A DNA stretch of 64,000 nt from Paraspadella gotoi (taxonomy: Eukaryota > Animalia > Chaetognatha): contig CM119267.1 of assembly GCA_051294375.1 (NCBI GenBank), forward strand, positions 5,322,578 to 5,386,577. Reading direction: 5' to 3'. Positions 44,111 through 64,000 of this stretch are shown here, in pieces. Position 1 is the first letter of the stretch. The number at the start of each line of letters is the position of its first letter. The translations under genes were made by a program, and so were the position numbers. Below the pieces are notes generated by a model that did not search any database, was not told the DNA's origin, and saw nothing but the letters and a program-made list of their open reading frames with translations.

Positions 44111-44950
44111 CTCTTTCGCGGATTGAGAGAGAGGAAAGCGACCGGGTTACGTCTTTCGAGGTATATCAAGTTTTAATTCGGACTCATTTTCGAACGCGGT
44201 CCGCGCGAAACGTTTTTCGGTAAATGTAGTTGTTCTTTGGGATGATTTTTTAGACAAAAAGTCAATTCCATGGTTTTACCAAATACTGAGAGATACAACG
44301 GTAAAATATAAGAGCGATTATTCCTCAAAAAATATCTTGAAAATTATTTGATTTTGTTCATTTGTTAAGAATGCACTATTACTTTGGTATGATGACTAAA
44401 GGATTAATAAACATTCATAAACTAAAATGAGAAGTGTCAGTTTCGAAATAATTTCGCTTCTTGTAGAATCAGTTGGCATCCACATTCGAAAAGGTTGATC
44501 AGAAACAAGCTTTACGATGAAATAAATATTTAGAAACTCAACCGTTAAATCATGTGCGATAAGAGCCTCGCCCTGATCTTTTTGTTCGTCTTTTTCCAGG
44601 ACATTTTTTCCTCTATCCGATTATCATTTTTCTCAATGAGAAGATTTAAATGATCACTTCAAGTTCGGACTGAAAAAACGAGAAACAATTCTGCGTCGAT
44701 TGATACAAACTTGAATTCATTTCGTTTCGACTGTCATGGCATGCCTTTCTAGTAACGACAGTGCTTTAAGTTCAACTGTTTTTATAATTGCAACAATAAA
44801 ACCGCATAAAGAGAAACTTAACAAATGAAATATCACATTATTGTTATTGGCAAAAACGATAGAGTATTTCTTTTTTTTTCCTCCTAAATATTGGGAGAGA
44901 CTTATCCCTATTAAATTATGTACGAAAGCGTTGCATTTGGTTCGCGGTCG

Positions 44951-47900
44951 TCATTTGTTTAAAACTTGCTTCATGAAAACTTGAACGAGTCTGAAGTAGT
45001 TGTGATCCTTGATGTTGGAGCCGAGCGTGGTGGAGGAAGGGACGAAGGTGGAGGAGGACGAAGATTTTCGGTCGCGCGTCTTGGGCGAAGTCGCTTTCGA
45101 CGGCAAAGGAATGACCGACGACGTCGAGGTTGACTTTCGAACAACTGATGGGAATACAAAATTGAATTATTATATGACATTGTCTGACAAACTAAACATT
45201 AAATAAAATAGCCTAAAAAATGAAAATAACCTTTGGTCATGCTCGAAAGGAAAGAATTGAGTTCGGTGGAAAGCTCCCTCTTAAGAAGCTGCTTCTCTCT
45301 CGAGGACAGGGCCGGGTCGCGCAAATAGCGAGAGCACTGGGCCATCGTTACGTGGAGAGAGTTTTCAAGAATGTAGTTGAGCAAAGCATGAAGTCGGATC
45401 AGCGTAGCGTTATCTAAGAAAGAAAAAGATTCGTTGTGGACAATGATCAGTTTCGCTATACACTAACCTTGCCAATGAAATTGTTACAACCAACATATTA
45501 ACCAAAAACTATCAATATTAAATAAGCCATCTTGGTTTTACCCGTCTTGGATGGTTCAGAGGTGGAGGAAAGTAGGAATGATTCGTCGCTGAATGAAACT
45601 AGAGAGGATTTAGGCGAAGATTCCGCCAGGTTGTCCAACTTGGAGAGGATCGACGATGAACTGTTCACGCACGCCAGGAGAGTTCCAAAAGACGGCAAGG
45701 ATCCTTGGAATCAAATCGAATGGTTAAAGTCAACTAAATTGAAAATGAAAATAAAAACTGGGAACCGGCATCGGAAGCTGTGAAGGCCACGGAGACGATG
45801 TCCGGCCAAGACGATAAATCCAACGTTGGGTGGGTGAGGATCGAATGAAGACTCGGAGTGAATCGACGGATCACGGATACGCAACCGGCGACGATGTAGA
45901 GGAGGCGAAGCTGAACCTAATGAAAAAAACGGACGAAATTGATGGAGCGATAATAGACAGACGGACAAAAGACAACTCGACTCCTACTTGCGAAACAATT
46001 CCCGGCGCAGGAGACTTAGAACCGGGTCTTCCCCCCTTGACGAGCTCTTCGCCACTCGAATTGCTTCGGTGCTGCAGCAAAGTCGGCTTCTGGAGCAAGG
46101 ACGTCGAGGTTTGAAAGAGAGAAAGCACAGAGTGCAACAGGGAAGGTAGAGTGTGTCCAAGTTGCAGATGCCATTCTCTGACGGGGATAAATTAAAATGG
46201 TTGAAATGTAAATATTTTTGGTTTTCGACAACTCTTTATTTACCCAAGAAAAGCCGCGAGCTGATGGAGCAATTGGGTGACAATGGCAGCCTCCTCCATC
46301 GCCGCCGCTTCCAGAGTCAAACAAGCAGAGTGAAGGCAGGTCAACAATCGTTCGTGATGGCAACCGACAATGTCGAAGGCGTCCTTGAGAAACCTATAAA
46401 AAAGAAAATTCACAAATATAGAGAGAATATAAGGACCCTTGTCTCTAATATAAAACCTCATTTGCAGAGTCCTCAGCATCGCGTCGTAGAGCCGGAGAGC
46501 CAAACGCCAAACGGCGAGATCTGAGTCGCCGACTCCTTTATCCGCATAGGAGGAAGCCAACGCGATGACAAGATGTTCACTGATACCGCAGCCTTGAAGA
46601 GCCTCCGCTGTTATCGATCGTCTGGCCAAGCAGCAAAAAAGCAGCATGGTCGCTTGGAGGATATCATTTCCTGCCGATTGAAAACAATTCCTTTTCCTTT
46701 TGAAATATTCTTTAAATTGCATAACCGATTCCAATAAACTTATAAATACCCGCGGATGACTTGTGAGAGAGCATGTGCTGCGCCGCGGACATGAGCGCGG
46801 CGAGGGGAGAGTCTCCCAGTCCTTTCAGCCACGAGGCGCCGGACGACTCTTCGTCGTCAAGACGGTGAAAGGTCTCGCGAAGCAGAGCGATCGTTGTCAG
46901 ATTAAGTTGAACGTGGACGGCTTCATCTGAAAAAAAAAAAAACCTTTATAAATATAAAATAATAACTATCGATCTTGTAGTGATTTAGGCGATTGAAAAA
47001 AAACCCTCACGTTCTGGAGATCCGTTCAAAAAAAGCCGTAGGGCGTATTGAGTGAAAGAACCCAAAGTCGTCAAGAGCGACGAGAGGGTTCTCTGCCGCG
47101 ATTCGGATTTTTCATCCATCTGTACCAAAACGAGCAGCGCCCCCAAAATGCCGGCCTGGAGCGGCGGAGAAGCGTTGTCGGCGTTAGCGAAGGATGAGCC
47201 AAGCAGCTCGTCGAGCCGAGACAAGGTGAGGCTCGGGCTTCGCAGATCCTGGCTCCAGTGCTTGGTCGCTTGAAAGAGGAGAGAAGCGAGGAGGACGGCG
47301 ATTTGTTGGTTCCGCCCCTCGACTCCTCGAAGGAGAAGATTCTTCAAGAAAAACAACTTGGGGGAGAAATGGGAAAATAATACGAGGAGCATAAAATTCT
47401 AAAGAGTCAATTGTAAAAAAATACTTGCTCAAAACTCACCGAAGCGTTTACGATCTTGTTTTTGAGCGTGGGCGAGGGTTTAAAGTTTCCTTTCAAAGTC
47501 GTCGAGACGAGCAACAATCTCTGGATGGAGGATAGTAGCGGAAGGGCCGCCTCCGCCTCGGCGCCGTCGGCGAGGGCGATACGCGCGGCGACGCCCAACC
47601 ACAGCACAATCTTCTCCTCGCAAAGAATCTTTTCCACGACGCCGGCGAATTCGGCGTCGACCTCCTCGTCGCCGCGATCGTAGAGCTCGATGGCGAGGAT
47701 GCCCAGCGCCACCACGGCGACCTTGACGCGAGCCTCCGCGTCTTCGGTCCAAGGGGCGCCGGGATTCACCGGCTCTAAAAGCGGCGCGGAGATATTTCGC
47801 CAAAAGGAAGGCGTTCGACCGACGACTTCGACTGCCGTCTCGCGACCGCCGACCCAAAGGGCGTGGACGAGATCGGCGACTGCGAGGAGAAGCGGCGCGG

Positions 47901-50900
47901 GACACTGAAACGTACCCTGCTTGCGGATGTCAATAAGGGACACCATGGCGGGAACGCAGGAGTTTTTCCCAGCCGAAATGCGACGACCCTCGACGGGTGC
48001 GGGAGGCGTTTCGGCCACGGCGTCGGCGCGAGGCGTCGGGGCGCGCGACGACGAAACGGACGTCACCGGTGTCGCTTGGATATCTAGAAAGCACTCGATA
48101 ACTCCAGGTTGATAACGCACGCACGACGTTAGAAACTCGAAGACAGCCACCTTGATCCTCGCGTCTTCCGTGTGTGACTTAAGACACCGGACGAGAGCGT
48201 CCCGAATGACGTCGGAGTCGCCGGCCAGCGACGCCAGCAGAGACATACGGCAGGTGCTGGCCAGTCGCCGCAGCAGCAGCACTGCCAGCCTAGGCAGAGC
48301 GGGATCGTGGCGAAGAAAGATGTAGGAGGCGATGGTAGAGACGACGTTGGGCGACGACGACAAAGAGAGCGGAAACGAGGCGAAGGTCTCTTGGGAATTC
48401 ATCGTAGAATTTAGAGTCCGAAATGCCAGACGAACCAGTTTAACCAGCTCGTTGCCGGGACCCGCGTGCAGATCAGCCTGTGTGTGCAAAGACGCATTGA
48501 CAGCGTCGACGCCGGTCGACAGCAATGACAGCAGCGTTTCGGCGGCGGGGGAGCGGACGACGCCCTCGCGGATAACGGAAGACGCCGTCGATGCTGGCGG
48601 CGCAGCGAGGAATATTTCCAGGCACTTTTGACCGATGATCTCCTTCTTGGAAAAATTGAAATAGCGCCATCGAGAAAAATGCGGGAAAATCTCGCGGAGG
48701 ACGAAGACTATTGAAGAAAGGAGTTGGTCGTCCTCCGTTGACGACAAAACCGACGGGCTCAGATTCAGCACGAGTTCTAAAAATGCTAGAGTTAAAGGAT
48801 AACGCGCCTGAGCGCACTCTTGCGTGGCCAGGATGTTGCCGTAGTGACCGGCCTGCATGCCGCGGATTTCGAGAACGTCAGCGACGGAGGAGGCGGGAGC
48901 GATGGAAGCTGGCGCCGATGAGCCTAGGCCGGGATTGGAGGTTACGTGAGAAGCGGAGGCGAAGGGAAGAAAGCCGGGAGCGAGACTGAAGCAGTCCCAC
49001 ACGAAGCCGGGTCGAGCACGGGCCAAGGCGGCCGCGGATTGCAACGCCGTCGCGAGAGCGTCGAGAGGCGGAGAAGGAAGCGAGGAGAATCGAGCGAGGA
49101 AAATGACGAGGACGCGAACGAGGGTTTGTAGGCGATTGAGGATCTCGGAAGCGTTGGACGAAACCGCGCGTTTGACGGCTTGCGCGGTGAAGGAGGCGAT
49201 GGCGAAGACGCCCTCGATGGAATCCGAGGAGACGCTGTCGATCCCATATTGAATGTGACCGTTCACTTCCGTCACGAGCTAAAAAAATAAAATAAAAGAT
49301 AAAATATATTGCGATGACATTTACTTACATATTGTAGCACTTTAGATCATTTTAATAAGGTTTAATAATGATTTAAATTTCCCGCAATACCTCAACAAAA
49401 GCGTCTATCGCGTTGAACGGCGTCTCGATCCGAATTCGTTGAGAGGCGTCGACCTGAGGCGCGTCGAGTACGCGACCGATGGCGCCGGCCGGTATGGTGA
49501 CCAGTCCGCAAGCTGGATCGGCAGCGAAGGAGTGGGCTACGCGGAAAACACCGGGTTCCGCCGTGACTTCCACGTGACGCAGAAGGCGATCGGTAACTTC
49601 CGTTGTGTAAGAGGGACACTTGGACAAGAGCGCGATGGTTCGAGCTGGTAAAAAGGAAAAAGAGAGGGGTTGTTAAAAAGGTTTTTTCTTTCCATAATCA
49701 CGGGAAGGATCGAGGAATCACCGAGAGAGGTCGAAGACGCCGACGCCGAAGATGTCAAAAGCTTCAACGCAGATCCCAAATCGAGCGGAAATTCTGTGAG
49801 AGCAGCGTCGAGAAGACGATCCACGCCAACGCTTCTGGGTTATTTTAAAAAACAATATTATTTTAAAAATTTTGTACAAAAATTCACCGAATAAAAACCT
49901 AACTTACTCGCCCTCCCTACTCCAAAAACTTGCGGCGACGTCGGGGTCTTTGAGGACGCGCGAGAGGACGAGCAGATGCACCACGTCGGCCTCCTCAACG
50001 TTCAGGTGCAGCAGGGCGTCGAGCAGGTGGTAGACGCATGACGAGGCGATCGAAGCAGTTTTCTGGGTGTCAAAAAACGATGTTAGTTATTGCAGTTCAG
50101 TTCAGTTCAGTTCAGTTCAATTCAAGTCTTACCGACTGGCCGGAATAGGCTTCGTGGTTGAGCTGTTGGAGTAGATACTGAAAGACGTTGAGACGAAGGG
50201 ATTTAGCGCCGAGACGACGAGTGGCGGCCTCGGCGGAACCCGGCCCCGTCGAGAGGCTCTTGCAGAGGAAGATGGATAACATGAGGGGAGAAAGGTGGAC
50301 TGAGTCTGGAAGAAAAGAGGACAACAGCTATAAGCTTTGGTCGGGCTTTGATGAATAAGCAGCACGAAACACACCTTCTGCCACAATAGACAAGGTTTTT
50401 TCCAAGTTAACAAAAATATCAGGGCTTCTCAGAGACTTTGTCTTAGCCTGTTTTGGAATCGCACCCCTGATGAAAAAAATGTGAAAATCATATTGAATTT
50501 CGTAAAAAGCTAAAATGTAAAAGTCCATAGACTCCTTATCATCAGTTGTAAGCTCAAGTTACTTTTCGAATGAAGGCAAGGATCGCAGGAGCCCTGGAAA
50601 ATCGAGCGCGTCCATAATGATCAGAGACTGCGCGAAGGAAACGCGCTCCACTAGAGAATCGCAGGTCTGTCGAATTCGAGAAAAGACAAAATGTGCAAAC
50701 AACTTCACCAATAACAAATTGGTTATTCTAACCCATCCCAAAGCAACTTACCGCCGGGTCGAAGAGATGCCTGTTGGGCAGATATCGACCGAATCCAACC
50801 TCTTTGAAAAGTTTGGCCAACTGGAGAGCGCGATCGGTGGGCGCGCACTTTTGGTGCGCCATAAGGATCAGGTCCAACAGGTGGGACTGCTCCAGGAGAT

Positions 50901-51778
50901 TCTGGGCGGACCAAGCACGGATCTGTTGGGGCGTCATGGCGGCGCCGTTCGACTGGGGCGTGGGCGCGACCGAACGCGTGGTGGTTTCCAGATTTTCGCC
51001 GAGTTTGTCGGCGAGAGCGTCCAGGCCGATGGCGCGCAGGACGGACGCGTAGTCTTCTTTGTATTCGTGATCCGCGTCGGAGAGAAGGGTTTTCAGGATA
51101 TGAAGGAGGTAGAGGCGTTCTCTGAAGTCGAGCGCGAGAAAGCAAATCAAAGGTTTTGACAAGGAAACCAGCCCAATAGGCAAATAAGTACCTGTAGTAA
51201 AAATCCCTTATCTTGAGAATGAAGCTTGGGCTGAGCCTTTCGTCTCTCATGTTCTTCTTCAAGTCTCTTTGACTTCCGCGGTATTCGTTGAGCAAGAAAC
51301 AGTCGAACAAAGTCGATGAAACATCTTTTGGAGGGGAGGGGGGGAAGTCGGAATGAGAAAAAAAGATTGTGAAAAATTTTTGAGGAGAGTTAAGAGGGAA
51401 AAATAAAACCTGGAAAACTGCAAGTTTATAATTATACCGACTTACCGTCGCTGAGGCCTAGAAAAAGTCCCAGTCGAGCGAGGAATTCCTTCCGGATGCT
51501 CTCCGACTTCTTGGGGGCGGCGGGAGATGAAGTCGGGAGTATCGAGCCGCTCACCGCCGCTCGACTCTGCAGGGTCAAATCGATGGTTTGCAATTTAAAT
51601 CTTTCATATACCAAATTTTGCTCTAATTAACCTTGGGGCCGTCGTAAATGAGAAGGGCGTCGGCGAGTAAGTGGTGATTGTCGTCGAGCAGCTTTTTGAC
51701 CTGCGTTCGCGGCTTCAACGGGGAATACTCCGAAGTGAATTGCCAGATCACTCGAAAACAAGTCTTAACCTCGGCCAT
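44951..51778 (-). CDS. NUP188: Nucleoporin NUP188
   Basis: Large helical protein with ECAQARYPLTLAFLEL, SLLASL, FLTSCVRYQPGVIECFL, KQLLKRELSTELNSFL and C-terminal FRLVQVFM. Exons join in frame. Confidence 0.9.
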
Positions 51779-51962
51779 CTTGGCGCAAAAATAATCGACT
51801 GGATTAAAAATAAAAACTACAAACAATTATATACTAATAAAATTAGCCAAAAAAAAAAATGTCTCTAAAGAGTAGGATTATGTGCGCAAAGGTTGTGGAA
51901 ACAAAAGGAGTTACATTGTCTAAAATGTAGTTTGTATTCGGTGGCATATCACTAGGTCATCG

Positions 51963-53260
51963 TTAGCGGAGCGCCTGAATGAGATCGCGAAAGTCGGTTA
52001 CGAACCAAGCGGCGGCGTCGCGGACTCTGGGGCGAACGACGTTTCCTCCAAATCCGATGAATGCGTCGGCTGGGGGGCATGCCTAGAGGAGGTTGACAAA
52101 CGAGTCGAATAGAAAAAATGAGGGGACAGACTTCTGGGGCATAATGTTTGTAAAAACTTTTTTCAAAAACCAACAATGTCACCGACTCCTCAGTCTGCAA
52201 ATCTGGATCAGCTGAAAAGCTTCAAATAGAGGCTTGACAATCAACAAAAGATCAACGGGCTCGGAATAAAGAAAGTAACTCAGTTTAGTAACTTAGTCAC
52301 TTAGTAACTTTTCATTTAAACGAATACAATTTATAGGTAAAAAAAATATTGAGTAAGATAAATTACCTCAAGATCAGCGGCTCCGTCCCCGATCATGACG
52401 ATTGTTCGATATCCGAAATGAGACTTGAGTCGTTCAATGACGACTCCTTTGCCCCCGGACTCTGAAGTTGGCTACAAGACGAAAATCCAGATTTCAATTT
52501 TTTTAAAGGGACCGAGTTTTAATCTCGGACCTGGTTCCAGTCGAACATGGCATAGGATCCGTCCAAGAGGAAAAACAACCTTTATATTTTGAATATTTAT
52601 TACTCAATGTACTCATTCATGTAAACTAAACTATCAAAGACTCGCCTATTTGCGAAAACACGTTCGGGCGGAATGCCCAGTATCTTGGCGATCGGATCGA
52701 TGATTTCGCGAAAACCGCCGGAGATGAGATAAACGGGGATGTCTTTATCGCGCAGGATCCCGACCAAATCCTAGGACAACTACGATTAAAATTTCTAACT
52801 TTAAAAGTTTCGTTCACCTCGACTACCTGGATTTCGGGCGTAAGAGACATCGTTCGCTCAGAGATAAACCTCTTAACCACATCCTGGCTCGGCCTTACGA
52901 TCTCGAGCCGCTCCCGCAGCGCCTCGCGGAAGCTCCAGCCACCCGCCATCGCCTTCTCCGTCAAGGCCTGAACTTAAAAGAGTCGAATCGTTTACGTCAA
53001 CAGTTTCGCTTTAAAAATAAATTATGTTTTGTCTTGAGCGTTGACTCAACACTCAAGACTATACATAATTAAATCGAAAGCAAAACAATTTTTTCACCCT
53101 GTCGGCCGACGCCGCAGAAATCGGCCAATTCGTCGATGCCTTCGCTTGTGATAACTGTGGAATCAACGTCGAAGCAGACGGCGTCGGCGCGGCGCCAGGC
53201 TTCTACGGTGGGGGCTTTTCCGGCGCCAGGCCCATACGGGAGAGGCTCGACTCCCGTCAT
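51963..53260 (-). CDS. PSPH: Phosphoserine phosphatase
   Basis: HAD motif AVCFDVDSTV..EGIDELA; LISGGF; PTSESGGKG; MIGDGAADLEACPPADAFIGFGGNVVR. Confidence 0.96.
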
Positions 53261-53626
53261 TTCCAGGATGATTAGATTGTGTCAGTGGGGATGACAAGAA
53301 TCAAAAAACGACCAGCGACGTTTAAATAATTCTCACAAGCATACTAATTACTAAAAATATTAACAAAAAGGCATGCGAAAAATAAATTCATCAAAATAAG
53401 CTGTAAATGTAACAAAACACACCGTTTATACCGCCAGCAGTATTTTAAAAATAATTTTTTCCTATTGTCACGTATAAGGGAGGAAATTTAAAAAGCGAAG
53501 GCACTTGGCAACTTACATAGTGCTTAGTGCTAACAAACTATTGAGATTTTTGCTTTTCATCCGAACTAATTGGCCACGATGATATCTCCACTCGTGTCTT
53601 TATTCCAAGATATCAACGCGAATGCA

Positions 53627-55258
53627 TCACTCCCCCACTTCCTGGTAATCCTTAACCCTTTCCGGCTTCCATTGCAACAAGGCGGCATAGTCTGTGAGTA
53701 GCCGTCGCCAGTAGCTGGTCACGTCCACCATTCTCAAATGATCGAGGATGAATTGTCGGCCACTTTTGGCGATCCGCTTGGCATAGTCGTCGTTGGCGCG
53801 GAAGAAGAGAAGAAGATCCTCAACCTCGGCTAAGCCTGGATCAACGGGAACGTAGTGAACCCACGGCTTCATCGCCGGGTAGAAGAACTCCAGCCAATCC
53901 TCACCAGAGTCTGAGGGGAAAGCAAAGAAACATTTTTTGGTTATTTGTTTACATTAAATGTAATATCACCTGAGCTTTCAGCGCAAAAAAAAAAGCACCT
54001 CGTGGACGAACGTGGAAAACCAAGGAATTACAAAGAAATAAATGTTTGAATCGGAAACTGGCCGCGACGCCACGGAAATTAAAGAGATACTTGAATCTGC
54101 GAAAAAAAGGCATAAGAAGCAAGGACAAGAGTTTACTAATTCGGGATTTCTTAGCTTACATAATTTATTTCGATCGCCTACAAACTCTTTTACATACTTG
54201 CAATGATCCTCAAGAGGTATTTCAGTGGCCGGGGGCATCCCGAGAGTGTCTTTCTCCGACTTCCACGCCTGATTCTTAGTGTACTGCGCGTCTGCCAAAT
54301 CGGGGCGACGGCGTGAGAGGAGAATCAACGGATCTCTAAAATATATATTTTACAGAATAATTTACTGACATATTGGAAATTTAAATGAAAAGTGAATGAA
54401 AATTAGATCCAGCACCTCTCGTCGCTGGTTCTAGAGCCTCTGAAAAAAGCGACATTTTCCTTTGAACGCCAGGGCCACTCCTTGGCCTTCTTCCCGATGA
54501 GATTAATCTGTTGATCCCATCTTCCGAGTCCCGTTGGATAAATGGGCCAAACTAACAAGTCAGAATAAACGTTAGATATGAACTTTTTTCAAAGTTACAG
54601 AGCCCTTCACTGACCGGCGGGGCCACCTTCCCAAAAAGTCCAGGCGGGGTACATAATGTCCAGGTAGTGATTGGACGGTTTGCTGAAAGAGAACAAAGGT
54701 CGCGGCTGCCGCCACTTGGACATCATGGGGTGATCGCGAGTGTTAATCACCAATTCCATGTCGGGAAGTTCGGGCAAGAGTTTGAGGAGGAAATGCTCAA
54801 TGCCTTTGCATCGAAAGGGAAACATGCACTCGTTCTCTCGGTAAAGTCTACGAGGATAGTGGAAAGGAAATAAACGTCAATTAAAATGTATTTTTTTATG
54901 CTTTTTTATGCTTTAATTTTTTTCAGGATTAAAATTACTTATGATCGATGATCTGATAATGGGTAGCCCTCGTCTGCGTTCTCTCCCATAACAGGTCGTC
55001 GAAGCCTTTTTTAGAGATTCCTTCCTTCCACGGTTCGAGATCCGAGGCTACGACGTCGAAGTAGCAGGCGGCTCCCTCCGCTTTGCAGCCGGAATCGTCG
55101 TACCTGTGAAACCCATCGTCAATCAGTCTGCGATAAATCGTCCACGAAGCCGGTTCTTTGTATTTGTCCTTTTCGTGACTTTCGTCGCCGTCGGCGTCGC
55201 CGTGCGTTCGACAGAGAAACAAAAGGGCAACGACCAGAATTGGTTTAAAGACAGTCAT
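53627..55258 (-). CDS. POGLUT1: Protein O-glucosyltransferase 1 (rumi)
   Basis: Signal peptide; [14 protein letters not shown]; [28 protein letters not shown]; [15 protein letters not shown]; [16 protein letters not shown]. Six exons. Confidence 0.96.
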
Positions 55259-56118
55259 GGTTTTAGCGCTTACAACCTAGAATAATTTCCGAGTTTTGGA
55301 AAGAAAAAAAGGTGGATTGTGACATTCAATTGGTTAAAATGTTGAAGGGAAGAACTGACCTTTAAAAATGAACTCGAAGTGCTATTTTTTAACACTATCT
55401 AACGTTATCGGAATCTGATATATATTTAATATTTATCTTGTGATTATAATATGTTGCAACTAGTCTAATGATACGAAAGTCGAATGAATCGAAATTGATT
55501 GATTATGGTTTTTATTAATGCTCGTTTGTAATTATATCTTATTACTTTTAGCATCGAGGGAGAAATGAGACCAAAAAAATGATTCAGATTATCAATATGG
55601 CACGAAGAAAATCGTTAATCTTAAAAACACGACAATAAATAATTTTTTATATATCATTTGAGTAAAAGAAAGTTTAAAAAACTTAACGAATAAATATATT
55701 GGATCGTTAAAAAGGATAGCGGGATAATAAAGAACACAGAGGCAAACATTCCATTATATTTAAAATAAGTTTTTTTCGTCGAATTTGCATTACAATAAAT
55801 AATGAAAAAATCGAACATCGGCCCGGAAGCCAATTTAAAGGTAATGATATAACAAATGGTTACAAAACTTAAAAACCTCGGAAGATTAAAAAAAACAACA
55901 AAAAAAAAAAACCAAATCTCAAATCCGCGCGTGGATGTCGAAACGATGTCACCGGAAAATAATTTGACGAGCGAGAAAATAATAACGATGGCAACGAGAA
56001 ATAAATCAACTCTCGATTAGGTGTGACTAAATATAAACGAGGAAACTATAAAAATGTGAAAACGAACAAGTCGAGATAAAACTAAAAGGCGTGCGATTGA
56101 AAGGAAAATTGGGGCTCG

Positions 56119-63364
<7,246 letters not shown>

Positions 63365-63934
63365 ATTCGCCTCTTCACTTTCCCGGGGGGTAGGGAGAGA
63401 AGATTAATCCGGTTTCACCGGCTCGCGCTCGAAAGGGACATGGAAAGCGCGTCCCGAGTTTTTTTAAATTTGGTATCGACGCACACCGGTTTTTGATTAA
63501 TGCGCATTTGCACTTTTTTTAGGCTGATAGTTCGGAATAATAAAATAAACATTAAAATAAACATATAAAACATTGACTAGTAACAACTAATTTACTACAA
63601 GCGTGTTTTTGGTTCAAAAATAAATTCGAAAGATCTTTTTAAAAAAATATGCGAGGTCTACAGGAGTTGATAGCCATCACTGAAATACATCATGGAGTAA
63701 TTTGGAAACGAGTGCACTGCACAGGTACTTTTTGAGTTTGACATAAAAAACCGGAACAGAAAAAAAAATGGCAGTAGCAAAGCTAAAAATTTTACTATAA
63801 TATGCAAAATAGAAAAACTCGAACAGGAGTTAAAATTAAATTCATATCAGTACAAAATAGGATTAATTAACAGTGAGAATACTTCCTGATCTTTAATTCC
63901 GAGTAAAAAAATAATGTACGTACATCGTATACTT

Positions 63935-64000
63935 TCAAACGAGATTAGCGTCTTTCGCCATGGCATAAAACATGCTACTGGCGTCACCGAGTAAATCCGC
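63935..64000 (-). CDS. Possible C-terminal fragment of an upstream gene
   Basis: An open frame ADLLGDASSMFYAMAKDANLV* runs from the window edge in locally higher-GC sequence. Confidence 0.3.
   Translation of the reverse strand, partial: ADLLGDASSMFYAMAKDANLV

Noticed and set aside
52090-52280. Possible intronic snoRNA in the longer PSPH intron
   Set aside because: No convincing C/D or H/ACA boxes with terminal stems.

Overview
This is a gene-dense window from a compact invertebrate animal genome, with GC/CpG-rich exons, AT-rich introns mostly ~60-100 nt, and (GA)n microsatellites. I spliced the gene models by hand. In order: a ~1774-aa low-complexity charged protein (+); a 144-aa single-pass membrane protein resembling a Cad99C/PCDH15 TM+tail with no ectodomain (+); Piwi with an intact DEDH tetrad (-); an SLC13 transporter (-) carrying a nested antisense gene for a small secreted Cys-rich protein in one intron; tRNA-Ser(CGA); an NPC2/ML-domain gene (+); an orphan 231-aa gene (+); and a tightly packed co-oriented minus-strand run ACK/TNK2 > POGLUT1 > PSPH > NUP188 > DIDO1/PPS-like that may be partly polycistronic. 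At least three dispersed non-autonomous repeat families occur, several in or next to piwi. All homology calls come from recalled motifs, not database searches.
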